IMG/VR virus record: IMGVR_UViG_3300044798_000244
Location: 64,001-80,329 of that record
DNA from: a virus
Taxonomy: Duplodnaviria; Heunggongvirae; Uroviricota; Caudoviricetes
Direction: 5' to 3' (one strand)
DNA length: 16,329 nucleotides
The position numbers and the translations under genes were made by a program. The stretch's first letter is position 1. Each line of letters begins with the position of its first letter. The notes below the pieces were generated by a model that was not told the DNA's origin, did no database searches, and saw only the letters and a program-made list of their open reading frames with translations. Shown here one piece after another: positions 7,225 through 15,553 of this stretch.

Positions 7225-9956
7225 CACTTCACCTCAACCCAGTTCTTAACTTGTCGGCAGGTTCCACACTGCAATGAATGAGTAATCTGCTTGCGACCTT
7301 CAGACAAATCTTTTTTGTCTTTCGAGTGACCCATCGGTCCATGCACGTGACAGAAGTCACAATCACCAAATTCAAGGTTCGTAAGATCGTACCAGTTCGT
7401 AATTCCCACTTCCCATTCAACTCCAAGGGGAACGATTCCTTGCCAATCAAATCTCTTAGCACACATGATCTCAGTCACAATTTGCACCATTTCCTCAGCC
7501 TCACTCGGCACTGTATCAATCGTGACACTATCATGGATTTCGAAGACGGGTCTTGATCGAAGACCCCGCTCAGCAAAAACTTTCTCTATCTGAATCAACG
7601 CTCCCACCATCAGATGGAACGCTGGACCTTGGATAGGAGTATTGTAGAGTTTGTTAATGGTGAGAGGCCCGTACCGACGGAAGCCGGACATACCTTCTAC
7701 ATATCCACAGTCCCGATACATCTCAATCGTTCGGCGTTGCCAAGTCCTGACACCATAGAACTCATTCCAGAACTTATCCTGAACGAAGGCGATGTGACCT
7801 TCGGGGGCTGTAGGAAACTTGCGGGCTATCGAATCAGCTGTAGCTCCATAGAAAGATGCGAAGATGAAACCATTCTTACTCTCATATCTCTCATCACTAG
7901 TAATTAGGTCAAGAGGCTTCCTATAAATTTCACCTGCCCATCTCTTATGTGTATCAACACCTTGGATGATCTGTCGTGTGAGCTCCTGGTCCTTCGAGGC
8001 CATTGCGATCACACGCACTTCCAGACCGCTATAGTCTACTTCGAGGAGAATGTTTCCAGGAGTCGGAATGATAATGCGGCGGAACTTCTTCAGCTCCTTA
8101 TCATGCTTAAAAACATTTTGGATGTTGGGTGAGTCGGAGCTTGATCTATAAGTATCAGCAATATGTAAATTGAAGATAGGATGAACCAAGCATGCTGTAT
8201 CCATCAACCTTCGATAGTTGGCAGCTCTTTTTAGAAGGGTACCACATTTCCTATACCGGAACAGATTCTTAATTAGCTCTTTAACATTCTCATTATCTGT
8301 TTTCTTCTGAATCATCTCCAAGGCTTCTACATCTGCAGCTCCTCTCTCAGTCTTAGTCTTCTTGAAAAGAGGTACCTGATACACCCCATACAGAATTTTG
8401 CCCATTTGCGAGGTGGACTCAGGATTAAATCCTTTGAAGCCTCTGGTATCCACATTCTCTTGTAAGTACTGAACAACACCAGGAGAGCTCGCCATGGCTC
8501 TAACGCGAGACTTCTTCTCCTTCTCATACTTCTCTTCAAGGTCTTTCAGGACATTGACATCAATCAAAACACCCCTTCTTCGCAGCTCAACCAACACCAT
8601 CGAGCCCCTCTGGAGAAGGTCATTGAATTCAAGAAGACGACCCTCTCTCTGGAGGCGGGGCAACTGGTGGTAGTAAGACATCAATGTATACCGAGCATCC
8701 CAACAGTTGTAGTGAAAGATTTTTAGCGGGTCTTCCTTACGAAGATCTTTACAATTGACCATTTCCTTGTAATCATGGCCACACATCTCAAAGACCTGGA
8801 ACGCCAAGGAAGTCGTAAGTGTATTGCAGTTCAGAACGTGCTGAGCCAGCATCGTATCATGTATGAAGTTTGACATCGGCTGATGGAGATACTCGCGATT
8901 CCACAGCTCTTCCATGTTCAGATTCTGCACAAGTTTTGGAGTTTTGCTGGTCAAGAAACGTTTCCATGCCTCAAGTATATAGCCCTGCTCAACAAGATTA
9001 AAATACTTCTGTCCTGTGGCAGGATTGACCAGACCAAATGGGATGAAATAACCTAGATCTACCTTGTTAGTAAAGCTAATAGACAGAAGCTCGGCCTCAG
9101 GTTCGAAGGGCGTAAGTCGGAAGGTTTCGTAGTCATAACCTACTGGGTCGACTGATTCGCACATCTCATTGACAGCCCGAATCGCTTCATTCGTATCTGA
9201 GAGCATCTTGTTGCCTGCTTCGGTCAGAGGCTCTATCGGAGTCTTGCCTAAGTAGCTCAAGGCTTTCGCTATGTCAAACACAAAGAGATTTTCATCGTTC
9301 GGCACACCAGGCTTGTTCTTCCTTCGAAGAAAAAATGCAGGATGGTAGGAAGACGCAACCCAGCAATTGAACTTTCTGCTGTACACAACCAGACCATGCA
9401 TCATTCCGGCCGAGAACCTTGCGAGCTTCTTAATAGATTTTGGCTTCTCGAGGATAGAATTGATAGCCAGATCACCTAAGCAAATAATCAGCTCAGGCTT
9501 CGTCTCTTCAATATCTTTGATGAGGTTTTGGCGGCAGCACTGGATCTGGACAGGTGTTGGATCTATCGAAGAATAGCAGCGGGCGATGTTGGTTCGGACG
9601 CAATCCTTGTCCAGGTCTACTCCAACATAAGAGCAGTGGCGTCTCAGTAGTTCTCCTGATGCTCCAACGAAAGGTACTCCAGCCTTATCTTCATCTTTGC
9701 CCGGACAAAGGCCAATGAATAAGATCTTCTTGTGGCCTTCTCCAAACCTCTTGATTCGAGGGCTACGGCAAGAAGTAGATAATCCGCAAAAATTGCAGTC
9801 ATATACCTTCGGTGCAGCTTCGTCCTTCTTGGAACCATCTCTCCGAGGGTTTGGAGATCCGGCAGGACGACGACCTTGTTTGGATTGAAATCTCTCAGGA
9901 TTCTCTTTCTGAAAGACCTCAAGTGGGCTGGGGAAAAATGATTTCTGCTCTGACAT
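7224..9956 (-). CDS. polA: Family A DNA polymerase with N-terminal family-4 uracil-DNA glycosylase-like domain and 3'-5' exonuclease (SPO1-like architecture)
   Basis: UDG4: CNFC, GLCPG.DED..G.PFVG.SG.LL, TNIARC, QCC, YHPA. Exonuclease: YDYET, QNLNMEE, YNCWD. Polymerase motif A VDYSGLEVR, motif B R..SKNGFIFASFYG, motif C EIHDS. Confidence 0.95.
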   Translation of the reverse strand: MSEQKSFFPSPLEVFQKENPERFQSKQGRRPAGSPNPRRDGSKKDEAAPKVYDCNFCGLSTSCRSPRIKRFGEGHKKILFIGLCPGKDEDKAGVPFVGASGELLRRHCSYVGVDLDKDCVRTNIARCYSSIDPTPVQIQCCRQNLIKDIEETKPELIICLGDLAINSILEKPKSIKKLARFSAGMMHGLVVYSRKFNCWVASSYHPAFFLRRKNKPGVPNDENLFVFDIAKALSYLGKTPIEPLTEAGNKMLSDTNEAIRAVNEMCESVDPVGYDYETFRLTPFEPEAELLSISFTNKVDLGYFIPFGLVNPATGQKYFNLVEQGYILEAWKRFLTSKTPKLVQNLNMEELWNREYLHQPMSNFIHDTMLAQHVLNCNTLTTSLAFQVFEMCGHDYKEMVNCKDLRKEDPLKIFHYNCWDARYTLMSYYHQLPRLQREGRLLEFNDLLQRGSMVLVELRRRGVLIDVNVLKDLEEKYEKEKKSRVRAMASSPGVVQYLQENVDTRGFKGFNPESTSQMGKILYGVYQVPLFKKTKTERGAADVEALEMIQKKTDNENVKELIKNLFRYRKCGTLLKRAANYRRLMDTACLVHPIFNLHIADTYRSSSDSPNIQNVFKHDKELKKFRRIIIPTPGNILLEVDYSGLEVRVIAMASKDQELTRQIIQGVDTHKRWAGEIYRKPLDLITSDERYESKNGFIFASFYGATADSIARKFPTAPEGHIAFVQDKFWNEFYGVRTWQRRTIEMYRDCGYVEGMSGFRRYGPLTINKLYNTPIQGPAFHLMVGALIQIEKVFAERGLRSRPVFEIHDSVTIDTVPSEAEEMVQIVTEIMCAKRFDWQGIVPLGVEWEVGITNWYDLTNLEFGDCDFCHVHGPMGHSKDKKDLSEGRKQITHSLQCGTCRQVKNWVEVK

Positions 9957-9965
9957 TACTAATTC

Positions 9966-11045
9966 CTATGATCTGGTCTGCACCAAATACTTAAATTGTG
10001 TACCTTCGAAGAGGACAATCCCAGCATCAGGAAAATATGAAAACTGCCAACATTTTCCCATCGCATCGAGCAACAGGGAAGGATTCACTCGGAACTCAAA
10101 AGTGTTCGGACTCGTATTGTTCTTGACAGTGGTATCCTCACTTAGCTTACGAGTTGGCTGTGCTCCTGAAGAGGTCTTAGACACAGACAGTGTACCAACC
10201 TTCTCACTAGTAACAGTGAATACCAACTCCTTATCAACTGGAGGGACGTCTTTCAGAAAAGTTAGATGACGATCAAGAACAGCGGGGAAGTCGGAGGACA
10301 TCTCCATCTTCACAGCCGACTCGGTCTTCGGGAAGAAAACCGACAGGTCCCGATACTCACCAACATGTGCACAGCCCCACAGCTCAGCCCCTCCTTCCAA
10401 AGTCACGCGAAGGGTTCCACCACTACTCGCACCTGGGTTGGAACGGAACATAATATCTTTGATCTGACCTTGGACGCGACTCAGAATCTCAATCATCTTA
10501 GTTGAGATACTAGCAGTCAGATTCACAGGCTTCTCCATCTTCCATTGAAGCACACGGAACCGGTCACATCCCCACACTACATCACCATTGATATACACAC
10601 CACACATTACACCCTGAGACTCATCTTTAGCAGCACCATAATGGCAGAAGTCAAGTCCTCGAACGAACTCGGCTATACTAGGAACTTCGACCTTCGTCAT
10701 TCCATCAGTAGGAACAGATGCTGGCTTCGGATCATGGAAGGTAAACTCACTCTTAATGGTACCTGTTTTGATCACAAGCTTCTTCAGCTCATCCCCAACA
10801 ACCTCCAGCTCAATCTCTTCATCCTTGATACTCTGGATTAGATGATACACAGGTTCTGCCTGGACAGCTAATTTCAAGTCCAGCCCTTCGGGAAGGGGTG
10901 AGTCCAACCAAAGTGCCCCGTCCGTTGCTTGAACTCTTGTTCCATAGAAGGTGAAGCATTGATATTCAGGAACGAGTTGATTATTACCTACAACAGGCCA
11001 TACGCGAGATAAACTACTAAGAAGAGCTAATCGGTTAACACGCAT
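9966..11045 (-). CDS. dnaN: DNA polymerase III beta-type sliding clamp
   Basis: 359 aa. M.VNR..LL..L..V..VV.N...VP start, VQATDG, and AAKDESQGVMCGVY...GCDRFRV (equivalent to 'S.DE.RP.L.GV...ATD..RL'). AGGAG 6 nt upstream. Confidence 0.85.
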   Translation of the reverse strand: MRVNRLALLSSLSRVWPVVGNNQLVPEYQCFTFYGTRVQATDGALWLDSPLPEGLDLKLAVQAEPVYHLIQSIKDEEIELEVVGDELKKLVIKTGTIKSEFTFHDPKPASVPTDGMTKVEVPSIAEFVRGLDFCHYGAAKDESQGVMCGVYINGDVVWGCDRFRVLQWKMEKPVNLTASISTKMIEILSRVQGQIKDIMFRSNPGASSGGTLRVTLEGGAELWGCAHVGEYRDLSVFFPKTESAVKMEMSSDFPAVLDRHLTFLKDVPPVDKELVFTVTSEKVGTLSVSKTSSGAQPTRKLSEDTTVKNNTSPNTFEFRVNPSLLLDAMGKCWQFSYFPDAGIVLFEGTQFKYLVQTRS

Positions 11046-11057
11046 TGAAAACTCCTA

Positions 11058-12167
11058 TTAAAAGAAAGACTTAGTTCGATAGAAAGGTTTTCGCTCATGT
11101 ATTCTGGGATCTTTAAGCAATTCTTCATAATAGTAAGTGTTAACTTTGAACCGCTCAAGCAGGTCGACTTTGAGCCTCGCAAGATCAGCACCGGCCCTAC
11201 GGAAGTACTCCTCAACACGCTCAATCTCTTTAGGTGAACAACTAAGTGTGTAGTGGGGGTTCTTAGTAGCTTTTATCAACGACACATCTGACACAGAATA
11301 GATTATTGGGGGTTGGAAGTAATCAAAATCTTGTTTCTCTTCTGAGAAATGCGGCGCCATTACATTTCCGTAAGCCGCATGCTTAAGCCAAGTTGTCGAA
11401 TCGACTGACCAAAAAGGATAGCGAATCATCAACTGATGGGACGTAACGGCGAACCCATGTACTTTACAATCAGGCTTCTTCTTCCACAAGTACTCAAAGG
11501 CTGGATCAGCGAAGTTTACGAATTGGTTAAGAGTAACACCACCAGCCACACCACCAATGCCTATGTAGTCATACTCGTCCACCATTCGCTTCCAGTGTTT
11601 GATATCCTCACCAAAATGGTACACTGGTATTGGACGGAGGCCTTTGGACTCCATACACATCTGGTTCTTCCAGGACTCATCTGCGTTGTAGATAATATCC
11701 AGGTTCACGTATGCCATCAGTTGGTTAGCATACTTCTTGATGAACTCGATATAGTTGTCCAGATACTGCCGAACATCAGAATTGTCGTTGAATGAGAAGT
11801 CTGCGAAGAACTGAGGAGCTCCACTTACATGCTTGGAGTAGTGAATCCGTTGGTTAGAATCAAGACGGCCCTGAAACTCATCTCCAGTGAATGTGACGTT
11901 GCCATCCTCATCAGTCTTCTTCTCAGTCTTCACGGTGGCCCCGGTGTTGATAAGACCGACCTGGGCATTCAGGAGTGAGTGTGCACCTGAATCCAAGAAA
12001 ATCTTTATTGTTGGATTTGCATCAAGAAGCTTCGTTATCTCCTTGGTCTTCCAAAAAGTTTCCAGTGTGGTGACCCGACCCTCTTTCAAGATACCAAGGT
12101 TTACGACTTTGATATCTATTCTCCCTGCAGAAAGGAAGTTAGCAAGATGGACAAATTGTGTTGACAT
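11058..12167 (-). CDS. dpdA: DpdA: TGT-fold 7-deazaguanine DNA transglycosylase
   Basis: FLDSGA (catalytic Asp), YVNLDII, GLRPIPVYH.GED, YDYIGIGGVA, KVHGFAVT, and PFWSVDSTTW (second Asp). Phage DpdA-like, with no bacterial-TGT CxCxxC zinc motif. Clustered with queC/E/F. Confidence 0.85.
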   Translation of the reverse strand: MSTQFVHLANFLSAGRIDIKVVNLGILKEGRVTTLETFWKTKEITKLLDANPTIKIFLDSGAHSLLNAQVGLINTGATVKTEKKTDEDGNVTFTGDEFQGRLDSNQRIHYSKHVSGAPQFFADFSFNDNSDVRQYLDNYIEFIKKYANQLMAYVNLDIIYNADESWKNQMCMESKGLRPIPVYHFGEDIKHWKRMVDEYDYIGIGGVAGGVTLNQFVNFADPAFEYLWKKKPDCKVHGFAVTSHQLMIRYPFWSVDSTTWLKHAAYGNVMAPHFSEEKQDFDYFQPPIIYSVSDVSLIKATKNPHYTLSCSPKEIERVEEYFRRAGADLARLKVDLLERFKVNTYYYEELLKDPRIHERKPFYRTKSFF

Positions 12168-12168
12168 A

Positions 12169-12519
12169 TTATCCCTTCAGATTTCCTTCCTGGTACATCT
12201 TCTCGTAAAGAATGTAATGTTCTTTTATGATTTGCTTCCGTCCAAACACTGCATGAAGGCTGATCCCATTGCTTTTGTTATGGTGTTTATAGCACAGAAC
12301 AACACCATTTTCTGGATCGAACAGAATATGAACAAAACGCTTCCAATTTTCTTTCGTAATACCATACTTCTGAATAAGATAAGATAAGCTATCCAAATGA
12401 TGAACTTGGGGTCGATACTTGGATCCACACAAATAACACTGCTTAGATGTTTTTAGAAGGGCATTCTTCCATTCGGCATACTCTGAGGATCCCACTAAAA
12501 TGGAAGACAACTGAATCAA
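12169..12519 (-). CDS. Small HNH endonuclease
   Basis: CYLCG....QVHHLD...PENGVVLCYKHH: ββα-metal HNH core with Zn ligands. TTG start overlaps the queC TGA (TTGA). Confidence 0.85.
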   Translation of the reverse strand: MIQLSSILVGSSEYAEWKNALLKTSKQCYLCGSKYRPQVHHLDSLSYLIQKYGITKENWKRFVHILFDPENGVVLCYKHHNKSNGISLHAVFGRKQIIKEHYILYEKMYQEGNLKG

Positions 12520-13340
12520 CCGTGAAGCTCACTCTGCTCCTGTTGATAGTCCAGAGCAGACTTGATGTCCTCTTTGTGGTCTTTATTGAACTCATCGACC
12601 ACCTTCTTCATATTCTTAACACCTTGATCCCACTCCTCCATAGTTAGAGCTGGATCTTTTGCTCCAGTTTTGAAAAATGCTTCACACCTTTCTATACAAG
12701 TGCAGCAACGAAGGCACGGACGATCTCTTTGTCCGTTATAACAACTCCAGGTAAGTTCAAGAGGGGCACCAATCTCTATACCCATCTTCGCAATGTCTGT
12801 CTTGGTCATATTGACAAAAAGAGAACGAATTTCGATCCCTTCAAAAGTACCAAGAACAGCAGCATTACCTATAGCATTCACAAAATCAGACCGGCAATCG
12901 GGGTAGTTTGTGTTGTCGCCAGCATGGTTGCCATAATACACAGCTGTACAACCATGACTCTCAGCAAAACCAACAGCAATAGATAACATGATCCCATTTC
13001 GGAACGGAACCACCGTCTGTCTCATATTTGCTTCTTCATAGTGACCTTCAGGAATAGCCTCTCCGGTCTTTAAGAGATTAGAAGCCAACAGACTCTCAGG
13101 AACTTCTTGATTACATGTGTTAGGAATATACTTGCTCACATTCACAGGAAGATCATACAAGTACACAGGCACATTAAGCACATCACAGACATCCAGCAAT
13201 GCTCTACGTTCTTTTTTGTTGTGCTTACTACCATAGCTGAAATTTAAGACCAAGACCTCCTTGCCCTCGACCAGCAACTTCTTAAGAAGAGTTACGGAAT
13301 CCATCCCCCCACTTACGATTGTGACAACTCGTTCACTCAT
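12516..13340 (-). CDS. queC: 7-cyano-7-deazaguanine (preQ0) synthase
   Basis: SGGMDS PP-loop, TVVPFRNGIMLSIA, YPDCR, TWSCY, and C..C.TC Zn motif. AGGAG 9 nt upstream. Confidence 0.97.
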   Translation of the reverse strand: MSERVVTIVSGGMDSVTLLKKLLVEGKEVLVLNFSYGSKHNKKERRALLDVCDVLNVPVYLYDLPVNVSKYIPNTCNQEVPESLLASNLLKTGEAIPEGHYEEANMRQTVVPFRNGIMLSIAVGFAESHGCTAVYYGNHAGDNTNYPDCRSDFVNAIGNAAVLGTFEGIEIRSLFVNMTKTDIAKMGIEIGAPLELTWSCYNGQRDRPCLRCCTCIERCEAFFKTGAKDPALTMEEWDQGVKNMKKVVDEFNKDHKEDIKSALDYQQEQSELHG

Positions 13341-13368
13341 ACAATGATTCTCCTTTTACTGGGCTACT

Positions 13369-13399
13369 AGTATATTCTACTGTCAACATGGGTTGTCAA
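13369..13399 (-). promoter_or_regulatory. Possible promoter for queC-HNH-dpdA-dnaN-polA (tandem TTGACA)
   Basis: Minus strand reads TTGACA (13399-13394), acccatg, TTGACA (13386-13381), gtagaa, TATACT (13374-13369). The spacer from the first -35 is 19 nt, which is non-optimal. Confidence 0.35.
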
Positions 13400-14082
13400 G
13401 AGTTAAGAAACATCTTCACCTTCTCAATCACTTGATCAGGATCCTTTAGTTCGTGTTCCCAGATTATCAAGGTCTTGTAGCCTTGAGACTCAAACAACTT
13501 GATTCTCTCTTGTTCGTGTTGTTCATTCGGAATACCTGTTACTTCTTGGGAGTGCCAGTAGTCACCAAATAACTCGATGATTAGCTTTTCCTCTTCGTTA
13601 ACAAAATCAGGGCACTTGCCTGCGATGATTTTCTGTCCGTCACCAGTGAACTGGAAACCAGAACAAGCTCTCTCGAGAAATTCTTGAAGAAGCTTCTCAA
13701 GTTTGTTCTGAGAAACTTGTCTGGAGAGCATCTGCTTAGCTACATACTCAGAATTCTGCCAAAGTTGTTTTGAACTTTTTTGATGCTTTTGTCGAATTTC
13801 GGGTCGTTTGTTTGGGTTTTTTTCTCCCCTGTTCGCATCTCCGATCTTCTTCCGAGTTTCCAAAGAAGGATTTCTGAGAGCATCACCTTTTTTCTTACAA
13901 ATTTCAGGGGATTGATGTTTTCCTCGAAGAGAATCACCTATCTTCTTGCAAATTTCAGGAGAAAGAGTTTTTCCTCGAAGGGCATCACTTTTCTTCTTGC
14001 ACGTTTCAGGAGAGAAGTAGCTATCACCCCTTTTGGTCTTGCAAATAGCACATTGACAATCTTCTTTATGCACTCTTCCCAT
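13396..14082 (-). mobile_element. Free-standing putative homing endonuclease: NUMOD3-like repeats plus Vsr/DUF559-like nuclease domain
   Basis: N-terminal H-x3-C-x-C-x2-C, repeats SPE(T/I)CKK(K/I).D.LRG, and C-terminal NKLE..L...L, PDFV, IIELFGDYWH, QGYKTLIIWEHEL. Confidence 0.8.
13880..14012. repeat. Coding 51-bp tandem repeat (about 2.6 copies, plus a degenerate copy near 13835) encoding the NUMOD3-like units
   Basis: g(c/a)atcac...ttctt(a/g)ca..tttcagg recurs at 13880, 13931 and 13982; period 51 bp = 17 aa. Confidence 0.9.
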
Positions 14083-14095
14083 GGTTTGTAATTTC

Positions 14096-15043
14096 CTAAG
14101 AATTTAGAACCAGATCCCAAAGAGCATCTGTTCCAAATTTTCGACCATAGCTATCAGGATCCTCATCAGTAGAAAATTGAACAGTTGAAACTTGTGGAAA
14201 GAACACCTGAAGATCTTCTGCTTCTTCAAGTGAATAAAAATAAGCATCCCCATCTCGGGCGACAATCACTTTTTCAGGATGTACGCTTATAAGCAGATTC
14301 TTCTGTCGGTCGGTTATGTGAGAACCAAAAGTAGCAAGAGAGTTACGCCCCAATCTCCAGGAATCAAGAATTCCTTCTACAAGTACGATTGGTCCCTTCT
14401 GGACATCTATCATGTCCCAACGATACAAAAAATCATTTACACGCCCTGGGGCGGTCTTATACTTCACCTGAGCTCGTCTGGTAAGATCTGCTGCTTGATA
14501 ACTGACCAATTCTCCTTTGAAGAACACAGGAATTATGAGTCGGTTCATGCACTCCCCAACAGTGCACACACCACACTGATACTCTATCAATATATCTCGT
14601 GTGTAGCCCCTCAGGTTGAGGTACCAATCAAGTAGAGGGAAATCTAACTGCCATGTTACTGGATCAAAATACTTAGGGAGAGTGATGGGGCCGGTCGGGG
14701 CAACTTTCTGCTCCGGTTGAGGATCGCTCTCCCCCCAAAGATCTTGAACTTGGGTCTCTGAATCAACTTCGAATGTGAACCCAAGGTCGCGTATCTGCTC
14801 AGCAACCACCTCCATCGCCTGCTTAGTGATTCGAGCTAAGAGGTAATCAAATGAACCTGTTGCACTGCACTTCCAACAATTGTAACTAAGAGATTCCTTG
14901 AAGACACCTAGATGGTTGCTTTGATCGTCACAGAAAGGGCACTGAATCTGAATCGTGTTCTGCGAGACGTTTTTTCCTTCAAGCCAAAACGGAATATCGT
15001 ATTTTTCAAGAAGGGCAATGATGATTTTACTATTATCTTCCAT
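14096..15043 (-). CDS. dnaG: DnaG-type DNA primase (Zn finger plus TOPRIM)
   Basis: CPFC....H....YNCWKC zinc-binding domain, [19 protein letters not shown] and VARDGD TOPRIM motifs. Confidence 0.92.
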   Translation of the reverse strand: MEDNSKIIIALLEKYDIPFWLEGKNVSQNTIQIQCPFCDDQSNHLGVFKESLSYNCWKCSATGSFDYLLARITKQAMEVVAEQIRDLGFTFEVDSETQVQDLWGESDPQPEQKVAPTGPITLPKYFDPVTWQLDFPLLDWYLNLRGYTRDILIEYQCGVCTVGECMNRLIIPVFFKGELVSYQAADLTRRAQVKYKTAPGRVNDFLYRWDMIDVQKGPIVLVEGILDSWRLGRNSLATFGSHITDRQKNLLISVHPEKVIVARDGDAYFYSLEEAEDLQVFFPQVSTVQFSTDEDPDSYGRKFGTDALWDLVLNS

Positions 15044-15548
15044 CTTCGTGGTGATTCCACACGTCCATGATCATTTTATTGTATTGTGGAAGAGTTTCTT
15101 GTGGCAAAATAACAGTTGGGTTTATAGAAATCCCACCTCGGGGGAAAAAGTCTCCTCGTACCATAATAATGTGAGGGAGCATAACCATGTAGAGATCAAA
15201 TGCGATCCGACTGGTGACACTCTCGTGAAACTCACCATGATTCCGAAATGAGAACAGATACAGCTTCAGCGCCTTGCTCTCAATCAATTTCTTGTTTGGT
15301 ATGTAGAGAATCTTGAATTTTGCGAAGTCTGGCTGGCCGGTTTTTGGACAAAGACTGGTAAATTCAGGGCACTCGAGCTCAACAACATAAGGAATAGAAG
15401 GCCACTTGTTATCAAAAGTTTCGAGGACAGCATCTTCAGGTCGGGTTGGATACTGGGTCTGACCAGATCCGAGTTGCTGTAGATCTTTTCCTGCTTCCTT
15501 CCAGGTCTCATCCAGGTGTGCAACACCATTTTCAGGATATCCAGACAT
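15033..15548 (-). CDS. queF: NADPH-dependent preQ0 reductase, unimodular (type I) QueF
   Basis: [14 protein letters not shown] (catalytic Cys/Asp), QueF motif [14 protein letters not shown]...FHE and PRGGI. ATG at 15548 has GGAGG upstream; the track's 15566 start is the alternative. Confidence 0.95.
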   Translation of the reverse strand: MSGYPENGVAHLDETWKEAGKDLQQLGSGQTQYPTRPEDAVLETFDNKWPSIPYVVELECPEFTSLCPKTGQPDFAKFKILYIPNKKLIESKALKLYLFSFRNHGEFHESVTSRIAFDLYMVMLPHIIMVRGDFFPRGGISINPTVILPQETLPQYNKMIMDVWNHHEDGR

Positions 15549-15553
15549 TCTTG

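Noticed and set aside
11766-11969. Mini-intein in dpdA
   Set aside because: There is no N-terminal Cys/Ser block A and no terminal His-Asn followed by C/S/T, and the insert is too short.
6380-13680. 12-bp match TCTCTCGAGAAA at 6380 and 13669
   Set aside because: Several 12-mer matches are expected by chance in 16 kb, and the second copy is inside a coding region.
13835-14012. CRISPR-like array
   Set aside because: The repeats are contiguous, in frame (51 bp = 17 aa), degenerate at wobble positions and have no unique spacers, so this is a coding repeat.
15033-15548. QueF-L amidinotransferase (archaeosine, dG+)
   Set aside because: The NADPH-binding QueF motif ESKALKLY is intact, which indicates a true reductase.
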